From Naegleria gruberi (lineage: Eukaryota), in the NCBI GenBank assembly GCA_000004985.1, contig GG738847.1: DNA of 64,000 bases. One strand, 5' to 3'. The position numbers were made by a program, and so were the translations under genes. This document shows, piece after piece, positions 34,023 to 45,260 of the stretch. Under the pieces are notes generated by a model. That model was not told where the DNA came from. It did no database searches and saw only the letters and a list, made by a program, of their open reading frames with translations. Each line of letters begins with the position of its first letter. Position 1 is the stretch's first letter.

Positions 34023-37000
34023 ATGTACAATAAGGCGTTTCAAATAACCTCAACAACGGAGAGGAGAACTAATGGCTCTCGTTCTCCCATTGAACATGAC
34101 AATAATACAACAGACACTAATGACTATCAGAAACATGCTCAAGAATTTAGGAATATGATTTTTCGGAAAGTTCAAAAGGAACAAACTGATGTTAATGGGC
34201 AAATAAGAGATTTGAATGAACGAGTGAGGCTGTCAGAGGGAGTACAGGCGATGGAAATAGAGGAAAAACAGTCTTTTTGGGATATAGTCAAGGACTTTTA
34301 TATTGATGTGGAAATCTTTCAAATGGTGTTATCAATTTTGACTGCCATTTTCTTTATCATTTCGACCTATATCCAATTAGATTTCGGAGAAAGAATGACA
34401 GCCCTTATTATTCTGGACTTGATGTTCTCGTTTATTTTCTCATTCTTCTTCTGGACCAATTTTGTAATGGCCAAAAACAAGTAAGTTGAAATTTGTAGAT
34501 TAGTTGAAACATTGAAACAAAGGAAATTATTCTTTTTTCTTCCCCTCTCGATATTGGACTATATCACAATTATTCCTGCACTCGTTATTAATTTAATAGC
34601 CTTAATCCCAGATGGTTGGGATATTGTCAGTGATGTTTACTCAATTGTATCCATTCTTAGAGTGTTTAGATTGTTGAGAATCATTCCTCACATTAAGAAA
34701 ATTGCACAAGGTGGAGGAGTAAACTCAGTATATATTAAAGTTGCCGATTTGGGACTTACAGTTGCTTGCTTGATGGTTATATTTACAGGAATTTTTCAGT
34801 GGTTGGAAAATTATTTTATGAATAGAGGAATTTACTTTCATGACGCATTCTATTTTATGGGAATTACACTCTTCACTATTGGATATGGTGATATTGTAAG
34901 TTTTAGAATGATAATCATAGAATATTAACATCCTGCCTAGTCTCCTTCACATTGGACATCGAGGCTAACTGTTCTTGTATTCTTCTTAATTGGTGTATCT
35001 CTCATTCCCATTCAAATATCCCAAATTTACGATATTGTCACTTCTGACAGAACTCTTTTTAGAGTTAAAAACTCAACAATTTCTAAACATACCATAATAA
35101 CAGGAAACTGTAGATTGGATGAAGTAATTGACTTTATTAAGGAATGCTTTCAGTACAAGAAAAGAACTGGTAACAAGATTGTTTGTAAGTATCAACCAAG
35201 TGGAATATCAATTGAGCCATATAGTACTATTTAAGGATAAGAAATTTTGTGAAGATTTAGAGGAAAATTTGAAATCGTTCTCATTTCTCAACAAACTACA
35301 TGTTCTACACGGAGAAATAATGGATTTTGAAGTTATGACCTTATTGAGAGTTGGGGAGGCTAGCAGTGTGTTTCTATTAAACAGTCCAAAATCTGATGAC
35401 CCTAAACAACAAGACACTAACGTAATTATGACAACAATCTCTTTAAGAAACTTCAATCCAAGGCTTAAAGTGTATGCCCAAATTAATTTATTAGAATCGA
35501 GAAGTTTGATACAAAAAGCTGGTGCTAAGGTAGTTGTTTGTTACGAGTCTGTTTGCTCAAAGATTATGTCGGCGTGCTCAGCTTCTTCTGTTTTTGGACC
35601 ATTCTTGTATAATCTTCTAAGTGGAGCAGATGTTAAGATTGACTATCGTAAAACTAAACATTATAGATTTTCAAAGAAGATATCTCCAGAAGAGAATGAT
35701 ATTGGATGGATTATTGAATATGCTGAGGGGCTATCATGTGAAATATATAAGGTTCACTTTAGCTCAGTGTTTTATGGATATTTATTCATTGATGTTGCTG
35801 AATTATTGAGAAGGTCTGCTGTTATTATTTTTGCTATTGAATCAAACGGTTTGATTTTTATCAACCCAGCAAAATATAAGATTAGAGAAGGTGATAAATG
35901 CTTTTGCATTGCTCCAAGTATCAAGTATGCAGAGATTGTCGAAAAATATGTCATCTCACAAAAGGATTTGGAAAATATCAAATCAAACAAGGTTGAGGTT
36001 GAAAGAATAGATTATAGATGGGGGTCAAAGCAAGAAAATAACGATATTATGGCTTTTGAATCTCATTTTGTTGATTTCTTACGTCAAAATGAAACCGTAG
36101 AGAAGGAGGAGCCAAAGAAAAAAGCAAGAAAACTCAAGCTCAAACCAAAACTTGATAATACCAAAAAACTCCTCAAAGCAAGAAGTGATAGAGTGGTAGA
36201 CATCCACCTTTTACGGCCAAAAGAGGACGATGAAAAAACTCATTTAGAAATCCTGTTGAAGCTAATTGCTCCTGAGAAGTATTTTAGAGAAAAGAGACAC
36301 TACTTGGAAACTATTAGGAAATTATATACAGGCGAACAGCTTTCTGAGAGAGAAAATAATTTCTATCAAACACTTTGTGATAATTATAACGTTTTGGACA
36401 ATGACAGACCCCAAGAAGAGTTCTTTATCAATAGCTATAAGGACATTGATTTAAAGGACCATCTCATTATTTTAGGAGATTTTAGACAACCTGAAATAAT
36501 TTGTTCAATGACAAGATCATTGCAAAGACATTATCGTTCAGTACCTATTCTTTTCCTAAGTGAAGGCTCAGACGACCAGGTTGAAACAATTTACAACAGA
36601 TTGAAAAAATTCAATTTGGTGTATTTAATAAGAGGAAGCTTATTGAATCATTCAGATTTATCAAAAGCTGGATTCGAGGTTTCCCAATCAGTGCTATATT
36701 TCACAACTGAAGAAGTTGATACCTCGACAAACTCATACAATGAGTACAAGGTTGACGCTGATGCGATCAAACTCTCACTCGAATTTTCAGTTATCAACAA
36801 GACTAAGAATTATGTTATTGGTATGTATTTTGGAATTAGCAATGACAATAACTCTAAATAGAACTTGTAAATAGGGCAAATATGAAATTTTTTCAACACC
36901 AAGGAATTCCAACCCATCTCAAAGTCAAAAAGCTAATGAGAGATCATGTGGTTGATTATGATTTGGATGATTTCGATCAATTTTGCTTATTTTCAGATTA

Positions 37001-37613
37001 TTATATCTCTGGAAAGATTTTCCCATCCTCTTCTTTCCTAAGTAAGCTGTTGGCCCAATCTTATCATAATAAGAGAATAGTAGATATTGTTGATCAATTA
37101 TGTTCGGATGAGTTTTCTGCTGGCGATCATCAATCTGTAATGATTGAAATACCACTTCCATCGTTTTTTGCAAACCAAAGTGTGCTCAATTTAATGACTG
37201 TTTGCTATGATTACAATCTTATTCTCATGGCCCTTAGTAGAGTTAAGGTTAATAGATCGGATGAAAGATACATTTACACAAACCCATCTCTAAAGTGTAT
37301 GTTAAAAGATACTGATGTGCTATTCTTGCTTGGGCATAGACACGATGTCAAAAGTATGTTGGCTGATAAGAAATGCAAAGATAGATTTTTCGAAAAATCC
37401 TGGACAAACAACATGCTTAACAGCGCAGGTAATCTAGGCTCCTCTTCCAACGGGTCAAGCAGTCAACCTAATGTACTAGCAGAGGAGGTAAAACCAATCC
37501 AAAATGAAGAACTAGAGAGGATGGGAACAGTATCCTCAATGCAAGTAGAACGATTCCATTACTCAGATTTTGAAAGCGATTCATCAAGTGACAATGAAGT
37601 ACAAGAAGTTTAA
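34023..37613 (+). CDS. Slo/BK-type K+ channel alpha subunit, paralog B (tandem duplicate). Five exons: 34023-34480, 34523-34895, 34941-35184, 35225-36819 and 36861-37613.
   Basis: Same architecture as paralog A. Filter TLFTIGYGDI, S4 LRVFRLLRIIP and RCK regions are co-linear with paralog A at about 60-70% identity by eye. The intron equivalent to A's intron 4 is absent. Exon 3 is 244 nt in both genes. Confidence 0.85.
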
Positions 37614-37623
37614 CTATTTATTT

Positions 37624-39609
37624 TCAATTTTCTTGATTTTTGGCAGCATCTGATAATTTCAAGTAGAGGTCTGTTAATGAATAAACTTGCTTTTTCTTGA
37701 AATTCTTTTTTTGATCCTTTGGAATGAATTCACTCATTAAATCTTCATCATCGTCTTGCTCCTTCTTTTGAGCATACTCACTAAAGAATCCACTCTTGCG
37801 CTTCTTTTCTGATCCTTTAGAAGCCTTTTGGTTTTCAAAGTTGTACAAATAATCCAGTATAGCAGAGGCACCCATATTCTGGATAGATGGTGATATTTCA
37901 CTTATTCTATAGTGCAAATCTCTCATTTGGTGACATTGCATTGCCTTTTTCACATCCCCTGTGATCAAGTATGATTCTTCTGCATAAATAAATGAAGTTT
38001 TGGATGGGATAATACCATGTCTTAAGCAATCTTCAAAAAAGAAAATACATCTCTCATAATTTTGTTGTCTGTAATAGTAGGAGCTCAGAGTTTTGTAAAT
38101 ATTCTTAGTAAATGGAACGCCCTCTCTTTTCATTTCAGCAATTGTTAATTCAAAAAGTCTGTTAGTAGAAAGTACCTCTCTTGGGAGATCATATGGTTCA
38201 TTGATTGGGTGTGTCTTTTCATCAACTTTAACTCCATGTTGCTTGTAGACAGACATTCTCTTACTTTGAGTGCATAGATATTTACGATTGCTGTCCTTGT
38301 AAAATCGGAGAAGAAGGTTGAAAAATCTGTCAGTATCATCCAATGAGGTTGGTTTGTCTGACATTGAGAGTAAACTATCTTCATCTAGTGGAATAGTACT
38401 ACTAATTTTACCTCTGGTTCTCGGTAACTCATACTTGTAGACAAGATTGATGAGTTGCTTTGCTTGCCTATATTTTTGGTTGAATAGATAAAACTCGAGA
38501 GAGTCACACAACATTCTTAGATATGTTCTATTGTACTTGTGGTTAGCAATCCATTCGTTTCTTTTCATTACAATTAATCTTTCAACTGCAGTAAGATCCA
38601 TATTATGGACAAATGACTCGAAAGTACATCTTAGCTTCAAATATTCTAAATATTTCTTTTCTTTTTCATCTCTGAGTTGCTGTCTTCTTTGTCTTTCAAG
38701 TTCTGATTCACTATCAGTAATTACCTGTCCTTGCTTTGTTTTTTCTGTATTTTCGTCTTTGTTTTGTTTGACCTCGTTTTCTGAAAGAGCTGTGGAAATA
38801 AATCCTTTTTTCATTAGGGCATCCATCTTATCGAGTAATCCTGGAATAGCATCCATTTTCCCCTTATTTGCATAGCACAAAATCAAGGCACGATAAGTAT
38901 CGGGAGTAATATCAATGGTTTGAATTTTCTCAAAAATCTTGTCAATTGTTTCAATTGGCATCTTTTTAGATATTTGCAAATTTTCACCAATAGCACGGAG
39001 GAACCTACTGTAAAATTCTCCTGTTCTTGCTACATCTGGATATTTTACAAAGAAAGAAAGGATTTTTGAGAGTTTTGCTGATTTTGATGATTTGAGGTAT
39101 TTCCTAAAAACATTGTCAATAGCTTCTTCAGTATTATTCATAACCAAAGGTTCCTTTTGAGTGATATCCTTTTGATATTTCTTCACTGCTTCCAAATATT
39201 CCACATTCTCCAAATCTTCACTCTTTGAAATTTTCTTCTTTCTATTCCTACGTTCAACAATATTGACAGTCTCCAAAACAAAGTCCTTGATAGAATCGCT
39301 GGTTTCAGGATCCCTCAACACTTGTTGAATTACATCCTCGGAATTTTGATGTAAACACAGACTAGTGTGATAGGAACGATTTTCGGAAACTCTTAAAATT
39401 TCAGCAACTACTCCATGACCAGAATTTAAACCTCTGTTAGAAGATGAAGCTACAATAGCAGCAATACCACCAGCAACAATCAAATTGTATCGATGATGAG
39501 AACCAAGAGAAGATGACAATATGAATCGCCGCAACATTTTTTTTGCTTTTTTAAAGCCTTTTCTGCAAATGGCGTTTTTTTTGTTGTTCATCAATTTAAT
39601 TTCAGCCAA
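37624..39609 (-). CDS. Alpha-helical repeat (PPR/TPR-like) protein with a predicted N-terminal mitochondrial presequence. Possibly a mitochondrial RNA-binding or mitoribosome-associated protein.
   Basis: N-terminus MLRRFILSSSLGSHHRY is rich in R, S and L. Long helical-repeat body. Ends in a K/E/D-rich tail. Family not confirmed. Confidence 0.5.
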   Translation of the reverse strand: MAEIKLMNNKKNAICRKGFKKAKKMLRRFILSSSLGSHHRYNLIVAGGIAAIVASSSNRGLNSGHGVVAEILRVSENRSYHTSLCLHQNSEDVIQQVLRDPETSDSIKDFVLETVNIVERRNRKKKISKSEDLENVEYLEAVKKYQKDITQKEPLVMNNTEEAIDNVFRKYLKSSKSAKLSKILSFFVKYPDVARTGEFYSRFLRAIGENLQISKKMPIETIDKIFEKIQTIDITPDTYRALILCYANKGKMDAIPGLLDKMDALMKKGFISTALSENEVKQNKDENTEKTKQGQVITDSESELERQRRQQLRDEKEKKYLEYLKLRCTFESFVHNMDLTAVERLIVMKRNEWIANHKYNRTYLRMLCDSLEFYLFNQKYRQAKQLINLVYKYELPRTRGKISSTIPLDEDSLLSMSDKPTSLDDTDRFFNLLLRFYKDSNRKYLCTQSKRMSVYKQHGVKVDEKTHPINEPYDLPREVLSTNRLFELTIAEMKREGVPFTKNIYKTLSSYYYRQQNYERCIFFFEDCLRHGIIPSKTSFIYAEESYLITGDVKKAMQCHQMRDLHYRISEISPSIQNMGASAILDYLYNFENQKASKGSEKKRKSGFFSEYAQKKEQDDDEDLMSEFIPKDQKKNFKKKQVYSLTDLYLKLSDAAKNQEN

Positions 39610-39760
39610 AGATATATTCCTTCACCAATAATCTCCTCTTTTTTACATTGAGAATTGATAAGATAATTAATTTTAATATTTAATTGATGATCCGATGATG
39701 AATTGTAGATTTTAATTTCCCGCCATTTTCTAACGTGCTTCAAATACAATTTTAAAAAAA

Positions 39761-40378
39761 ATGGAATTTGATGGAAGAAGGGAAGTTCAAAAGACTTTGG
39801 CTCTAATAAAACCAGAGGCTGTTGCGAAGGGATATGAGGATGCAATTATGGAGAGAATTATTGATGAGGGATTTACAATTGTGAGGTGGGATAAGATGCA
39901 TTTATCTCAAGAGAAGGTTCAATTATTTTATAGGGAACACGAAGGAAAATCCTTCTTTCCAACACTTATTGAATATATAACGAGTGGACCTTTAATTGTT
40001 CTTGTTTTAGCTAAGCATAATGCTGTTCAAGCTTGGAGAGATTTGATTGGACCAACTGATGTTGAAATGGCAAAGATTTCCTTCCCTAGATCATTGAGAG
40101 CATTGTACGGAACAAGTAAAACTTATAATGCTTGTCATGGAAGCTCAGATCCAGAAGCAGCAAGAAGAGAAGTTAAATTCTTTTATCCAAATATCAATAC
40201 TGATCCAATACTTACTAATTCCGAAGCCAATCAATACATTAGAGAAAATTTAGAACAATATTTAGTGGACGGATTAACAAAGTTAGCAAAAGAAAAACCA
40301 ATCAATCCAGTTGATTGGTTAGCTCATTGGATCTTGGATAATAATCCTAATAGACCTAGAATAGAGATTGAAGAATAA
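39761..40378 (+). CDS. NME5: Nucleoside diphosphate kinase family protein with a C-terminal DPY-30 motif (NME5-like, ciliary/flagellar type).
   Basis: NDK fold motifs (TLALIKPEA...; catalytic region YNACHGSSD matching N..HGSD). C-terminal ...VDWLAHWILDNNP is a Dpy-30-like dimerisation motif, as in NME5. Confidence 0.85.
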   Translation: MEFDGRREVQKTLALIKPEAVAKGYEDAIMERIIDEGFTIVRWDKMHLSQEKVQLFYREHEGKSFFPTLIEYITSGPLIVLVLAKHNAVQAWRDLIGPTDVEMAKISFPRSLRALYGTSKTYNACHGSSDPEAARREVKFFYPNINTDPILTNSEANQYIRENLEQYLVDGLTKLAKEKPINPVDWLAHWILDNNPNRPRIEIEE

Positions 40379-40551
40379 TTGAATTCACTCGAATATTATT
40401 GTAAATAGTCTTTAAAATACATTTGATAAATTGATGTTTCAATTTCAGAGATGATCTATGTTCACACAAAGTACTATGCAACAACTTACTTGTCATTAAT
40501 TTTCGTCAGCTCAACAAGGAGAAATAGTAATACATTAACTAATTAAAAAAA

Positions 40552-41187
40552 ATGTTTCCAATCCTCTTGGGAAGCCACTATAGAATGGTGCTTGGACCAA
40601 CAGCATCAAATCCTTTCAAAAAACTTGACACCCAATATTCGAGAGGAACAAATTATTGGTCACAAGATGCCAATGTCAGGTCGGTTATGGCAGACAAGTA
40701 TCCGAGTTGTGGAACAACAAAATCGTGTAGTTTGAGAAAAGTGAGTAGTAAAAAGATCGGAATCAAATACTGATCACATCTTTAGATTCAAGTTGCAAAT
40801 CCATTTACTGGACAAGTTAAAGTGTATCAGAATGATAATTATTACGCTCATCATACTGCATTTACTGAGTGGGTACTAGTTGGCAAACGAATTGGAGATG
40901 TCATTTCTGGAGATTTATTCAATGTGCCAGATCTTGTAAATTGTAAATTACAAATAACTGGAGCCACCAATTTTACTGGTAAATGCTATCATCCATCTGT
41001 GATGAAAATTGGAGAAACTAAAGTTCTTCTCAAAGCTGGAGATTTTGGATTTCAAAAATGGAGAAGACACAGAGATGGAGAAAGGAGAAGGAAACGAGTG
41101 ATGGGATGTTTTTTTGATCGTACAGTGGCATCAGTTTCTCTGAAATTATGTGAAAGGTGTGAAAATTCAGCGATTGATTACACCTGA
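40552..41187 (+). CDS. Small two-exon hypothetical protein (about 190 aa): 40552-40740 and 40786-41187. It contains QxW-type motifs (YWSQD, FQKW), so it may be a ricin-B/beta-trefoil lectin-like protein.
   Basis: ORF1 ends at AAA|GTGAGT. Acceptor TCTTTAG|ATTCAAG continues in frame into the second ORF (...IQVANPFTGQVKVYQNDNYY...). Confidence 0.4.
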
Positions 41188-41325
41188 AAGAATTAGACGA
41201 AAGAAAAAACAATTACAAGATAGAATGAAGAGAAGTTTGAGGAGAAGTATGGAAAGAAAGGAATTTGAAAGAAAATATAAGAAAAAGTAATTGAAATTTG
41301 AATAATTGTAAAATATTTAAAAAAA

Positions 41326-43080
41326 ATGGCAAGTGACGAGACCTGTCATCATCATGTTGCGTTGACGTGTTCGGAAAAGATTATTCTCATCGTGATTAGT
41401 TTATTTACTCTCCTACTTTCGTCTGTTATTCTTTTACACGTTTCGTCTAGTAATTTCGAAACTATAAACGAAACTCTTGATCCACTTATTACCATCAAAT
41501 CTATTTTAACAGAAACCTTCTTCCGATTCCATGATTTTGTACTAGACAATACCAATTTCATTAATTTCCCATTCAATTTTTCAATTTTCACAGAATTGAG
41601 ATTTGAAAATTGGAAAATTCATGAAAATTCCGAATTGAATCCATTTATCATATTTCCAAAAGAATTAAAATACAATTATGAAAATGTGAGCAGAATAGCT
41701 GGACAGAAAGGAAATGGACCTAAAATAAGAAATGGTCATCATTGTCCTTATTTGGGATTTAGAAAGCATTCTCACTATCAATTGAGTCAAACTATTCTCT
41801 CCACTGTTTGCCATCAAAATATAGAGTACAAGCAGTATTGTAATGTAGAAGTGGTAAAGCAGGATTTCAATAAGAGACTTTCTCCACAAAGTTTGAAAGG
41901 ATTTAATAGAGATTCAAGAGTGAGAGGTCATCAATTTGCACAATGTTGTGATAATTTGGATTTTCAATTTAATTTCAAGAAGAGAATTGATGATGGCACT
42001 AAAATGGAAGAATTGGAAAGGATTATTCCTAAAGCTGTCTTGAAACAGCTTCATTCTGTATTGTTGATGAGTGATTTGGTTTCTTTTGATGATTTGGCGA
42101 GGAGAGTGGATTGGAATGCTTTGCATATTTTTGATTTCTTTCATGATGATAGGTCTAAAAAGAGAATATTGAGATGGATTCCTGAAATTCTTTATTCTGA
42201 ATCAAAATTCTTGGCTGCTCTCAAATTTGGTTTGTGGGCTCATCAATTTACCAAGTATGGAACTTGTGTTACAAATCAAATTTATGAAAATTATGTTGAT
42301 CAGGCATTTAATGTTGATAAATTTGTAGATGCAATGAGTGAAGTGATTGATAGAAGAATTGAGAATGAAAAAGTATGGAGAAGTGATCCAGAGCTTTACT
42401 TTGATTTAATGTATCTCTTACATAGGCGATTCGATTACTTTAGAAGGGATGATAAGGTATTCCTGAAACATTTTCCTCCCTCTCTCACAAAGACCTACAG
42501 GGTTTCAGATATCAAGGCTAAAATTTATGAATTGTTTGGTGATCAGGTCATGCTTTCGTGTGCCATCTCTCAAAATTATACCCATCCACTAGTGTACCAA
42601 TTTCACACATGTATGAAAGTGGAGGATGTCGAGCCATTGGCTTTCTACCTTATGGAAAGGAAAGAAAGATATAGGAATGGGGATCAATCCGTCAAGATTC
42701 AATCCCTAATCAAAGATACTCAGATGTTATCTATTTTGGATAAGGTAAAATCAGATGGTTGTTTGGTCAATCCACTATTTAACAGAACTGAATTTAATCA
42801 AAATTATTTCAATAATTATACTGATATGATTAATCATTTCAAGTACCAAGATGATCCCAACATTCAAAATGTCAATGAATGTAGTGATGAAGAGTTTGTT
42901 CTGATACCAGACACTGCTGAACTATTGAAAAGATTCAAAGAAGGTGAGGATGGGAAAATAGTAGAAGTGGACGAAAGTGAATTGGAACTAGCATTTGATT
43001 TTGGATTCTTAGCAAATGAAGTGGAAAATGTGAATCAAGAACAAGAACCAAATAATTCCGATACAGAATCCAATGTTTAA
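41326..43080 (+). CDS. Type II (N-terminal signal-anchor) membrane protein, 584 aa. Possibly a Golgi/luminal enzyme; family unknown.
   Basis: Single N-terminal hydrophobic segment IILIVISLFTLLLSSVILL after a short cytosolic N-terminus. Large Cys-containing luminal domain and an acidic C-terminus. Confidence 0.55.
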   Translation: MASDETCHHHVALTCSEKIILIVISLFTLLLSSVILLHVSSSNFETINETLDPLITIKSILTETFFRFHDFVLDNTNFINFPFNFSIFTELRFENWKIHENSELNPFIIFPKELKYNYENVSRIAGQKGNGPKIRNGHHCPYLGFRKHSHYQLSQTILSTVCHQNIEYKQYCNVEVVKQDFNKRLSPQSLKGFNRDSRVRGHQFAQCCDNLDFQFNFKKRIDDGTKMEELERIIPKAVLKQLHSVLLMSDLVSFDDLARRVDWNALHIFDFFHDDRSKKRILRWIPEILYSESKFLAALKFGLWAHQFTKYGTCVTNQIYENYVDQAFNVDKFVDAMSEVIDRRIENEKVWRSDPELYFDLMYLLHRRFDYFRRDDKVFLKHFPPSLTKTYRVSDIKAKIYELFGDQVMLSCAISQNYTHPLVYQFHTCMKVEDVEPLAFYLMERKERYRNGDQSVKIQSLIKDTQMLSILDKVKSDGCLVNPLFNRTEFNQNYFNNYTDMINHFKYQDDPNIQNVNECSDEEFVLIPDTAELLKRFKEGEDGKIVEVDESELELAFDFGFLANEVENVNQEQEPNNSDTESNV

Positions 43081-43093
43081 TGAGACATTCTTA

Positions 43094-45172
43094 TCATGAT
43101 TTATTTAAAAACTGATCTACTTGAAGCAATTTTCCAATAGTAAGACAAATATTCATTAATGTATCATATTTAGCACACAAAGACTCTGTAATTCCCATAT
43201 TTTCTCTCGATTCACACAATAAAAGTCCTTCAGAAATTAAAGAACTCTGTAATGGTGTTAAGGTTTCTTTGGATACAAGCAGGTGTTGAAGTGTCATTGC
43301 TGTCTCCTTTTGCATGGGTGTATTAGTAAATGAAACCAGCATGCTATTGTTGTTTTGCAAGTGAAGAGAAGTTTCCAAACATCTAGAAGATGACACAACA
43401 CCTCCGCTATTATTTGTTAAATTGGAAATGATTTGAACTGTCAATGACTCATAGGTTCGAGAAACAATGTCTATTAACTTTCCAAGTTGTGGAACAGCAG
43501 AATGAAAATTCATCTTTACATAGTTCAATATCCTAATTAATTTACACTCGAAATAACACCCTCCTGAAACAGTAGCTATTGTTGGAAGGGAAGGATCCTG
43601 TGTTAAAAACTTGAATGAATTTGCCAGATATTTCAGCAATTTGTAAAATAGGTTTTTGAAAAATTCTGCCAAAGATTCCATTGGTGCTCTAATTATTACG
43701 CTCGAAATATTTGCCTGATGAATTGGTTCAATGGAGAGAAGCTTGTTGGTTTGTGTGAATGGTATTTCTCTAAAGTTTTTACATTGAAAAACGTGTCCAC
43801 TGGGTACTTGGTCTTTCTGTAATTTTCCAAAATAGATCAATTCGTGCACCTTCCTACTCTCATTATATCTTGTAAGGGTATGAATAGTGAGAGGAATAAC
43901 TCGGAATGTCTCACAGACCATATCAATATCTGGAACATGATGGACACAAATAATGTCGTATTTGGTCAACTCAAAAAGTAAAAAATCATCAATAATATCC
44001 TCGAATATGACAACCTTAATATTATACTGTTGTAAAATTAATACAAATTGTTTTACATTAATTAACACCTCCTTCTGTAATGTGGAAATGTCTGACTCGA
44101 TATCTATTTGAATATTCTTATTGGATCTTTCAATTTGTTTGATAGCTATACAATTCATAATCATGTTTTGTTTCACATTGTATGATTTAGGATAAATATA
44201 TGAACATTCTCCAACTAGTATTCCTGGCAATACTTTGGTATTATTTTCTGTTGGTGCAAGAGGAATAGCATTCACAAAGAAATCGAACAACTTTCTATCT
44301 TTGGAGAGTTTGTAAATTGTTTCAGTTTCCAGTGAGAGTAGCCAATCCATCATTGTTTTAGAAAGGGTGTGAGCTATTTGATTATTTACATGTGGCACCA
44401 GAAAGGAGAAACACAAATTGTAGGTTTTTTGTACTTCCTCAAATGGATCAAAGCAGTCATCAATTAATTCATTCAAAATTACATTTGGTAATAAGATCTG
44501 AACAAAATAATTGATTGCCATACTGAGCTCCTTTTGCATTTTCATCCTATTTCTACTTGTAGAAATATTTTCAAACTCCTTTCGCATAATTGAGTACATT
44601 CTATTCAAACAATAAATAAAAACACCCGATTGATCCTCCACAGCACTCACATGTTTTGAAATCAATTCCTGAATCAACAAGAAACTATATTCCTCCGAAA
44701 GTTGTCCATTCGATTGAGAAATTACCTTTTTCTTCTCTCGAATCTCACTCTTCTTTTGATCAATCCTCTCCTTAAACACACCCACCATAAAGTGAGCACT
44801 CTTTGATATATGAAATTGGTTTGGAAAATTCGGATGTTGAACCATTTTCGATTTTCCCACCACTGGTCCAATCAAACCCTCAATATGTACACAAAGTGTT
44901 TCCAGCAAACTTTTATCCAAACTAGAATCCAATCCACTCAAATAAACAATAGCACTTTCACCATTATTCATCATTATTTCCTTCTCTGTGTATTTTCTAT
45001 TAGTTTTAATCCAATCATTTCTTTCATCATCGGAATGATTAAATTCTTCTTCTTCATCATCAATATCAGCAGCAACAGTATGAGAAGTATTGAGTAAGGA
45101 AAATGAGTCCTCCTCCTCGTTTGAGTGTTGATTCATTTTTTTGTATTCTCCATAATTTTGGCATACAACCAA
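43094..45172 (-). CDS. Group II chaperonin (TCP-1/Cpn60) family member with N-terminal and internal insertions. Most like the BBS-type chaperonin-like proteins (MKKS/BBS10/BBS12), or a divergent CCT.
   Basis: IGPVVGKSKMV is close to the CCT motif GPkGmdKMl. The apical region NIKVVIFEDIIDDFLLFELTKYDIICVHHVPDIDMVCETFRVIPLT is close to CCT I..A..y....l..i.AvrrV...D..riakatGA. The C-terminus GITESLCAKYDTLMNICLTIGKLLQVDQFL is close to CCT V.D....K...l.lAtEaa..iLriDdii. Confidence 0.55.
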   Translation of the reverse strand: MVVCQNYGEYKKMNQHSNEEEDSFSLLNTSHTVAADIDDEEEEFNHSDDERNDWIKTNRKYTEKEIMMNNGESAIVYLSGLDSSLDKSLLETLCVHIEGLIGPVVGKSKMVQHPNFPNQFHISKSAHFMVGVFKERIDQKKSEIREKKKVISQSNGQLSEEYSFLLIQELISKHVSAVEDQSGVFIYCLNRMYSIMRKEFENISTSRNRMKMQKELSMAINYFVQILLPNVILNELIDDCFDPFEEVQKTYNLCFSFLVPHVNNQIAHTLSKTMMDWLLSLETETIYKLSKDRKLFDFFVNAIPLAPTENNTKVLPGILVGECSYIYPKSYNVKQNMIMNCIAIKQIERSNKNIQIDIESDISTLQKEVLINVKQFVLILQQYNIKVVIFEDIIDDFLLFELTKYDIICVHHVPDIDMVCETFRVIPLTIHTLTRYNESRKVHELIYFGKLQKDQVPSGHVFQCKNFREIPFTQTNKLLSIEPIHQANISSVIIRAPMESLAEFFKNLFYKLLKYLANSFKFLTQDPSLPTIATVSGGCYFECKLIRILNYVKMNFHSAVPQLGKLIDIVSRTYESLTVQIISNLTNNSGGVVSSSRCLETSLHLQNNNSMLVSFTNTPMQKETAMTLQHLLVSKETLTPLQSSLISEGLLLCESRENMGITESLCAKYDTLMNICLTIGKLLQVDQFLNKS

Positions 45173-45260
45173 CTATTTAACTTTATTGTAAACTATTTAA
45201 ATATTATAATACTTACTATTTAAAAACCAGTGCCAAATATATTAAAGCAAAATGATTTAT

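Noticed and set aside
34503-34522. An alternative upstream acceptor (TGTAG|ATTAG) for intron 1 of BK paralog B, which also keeps the frame open (adds LVETLKQR)
   Set aside because: Homology with paralog A (…AKDK-K-MYFFHPL vs …AKNK-K-LFFFLPL) supports the downstream acceptor CAAAG|G at 34521-34522. The upstream site may at most be a minor alternative.
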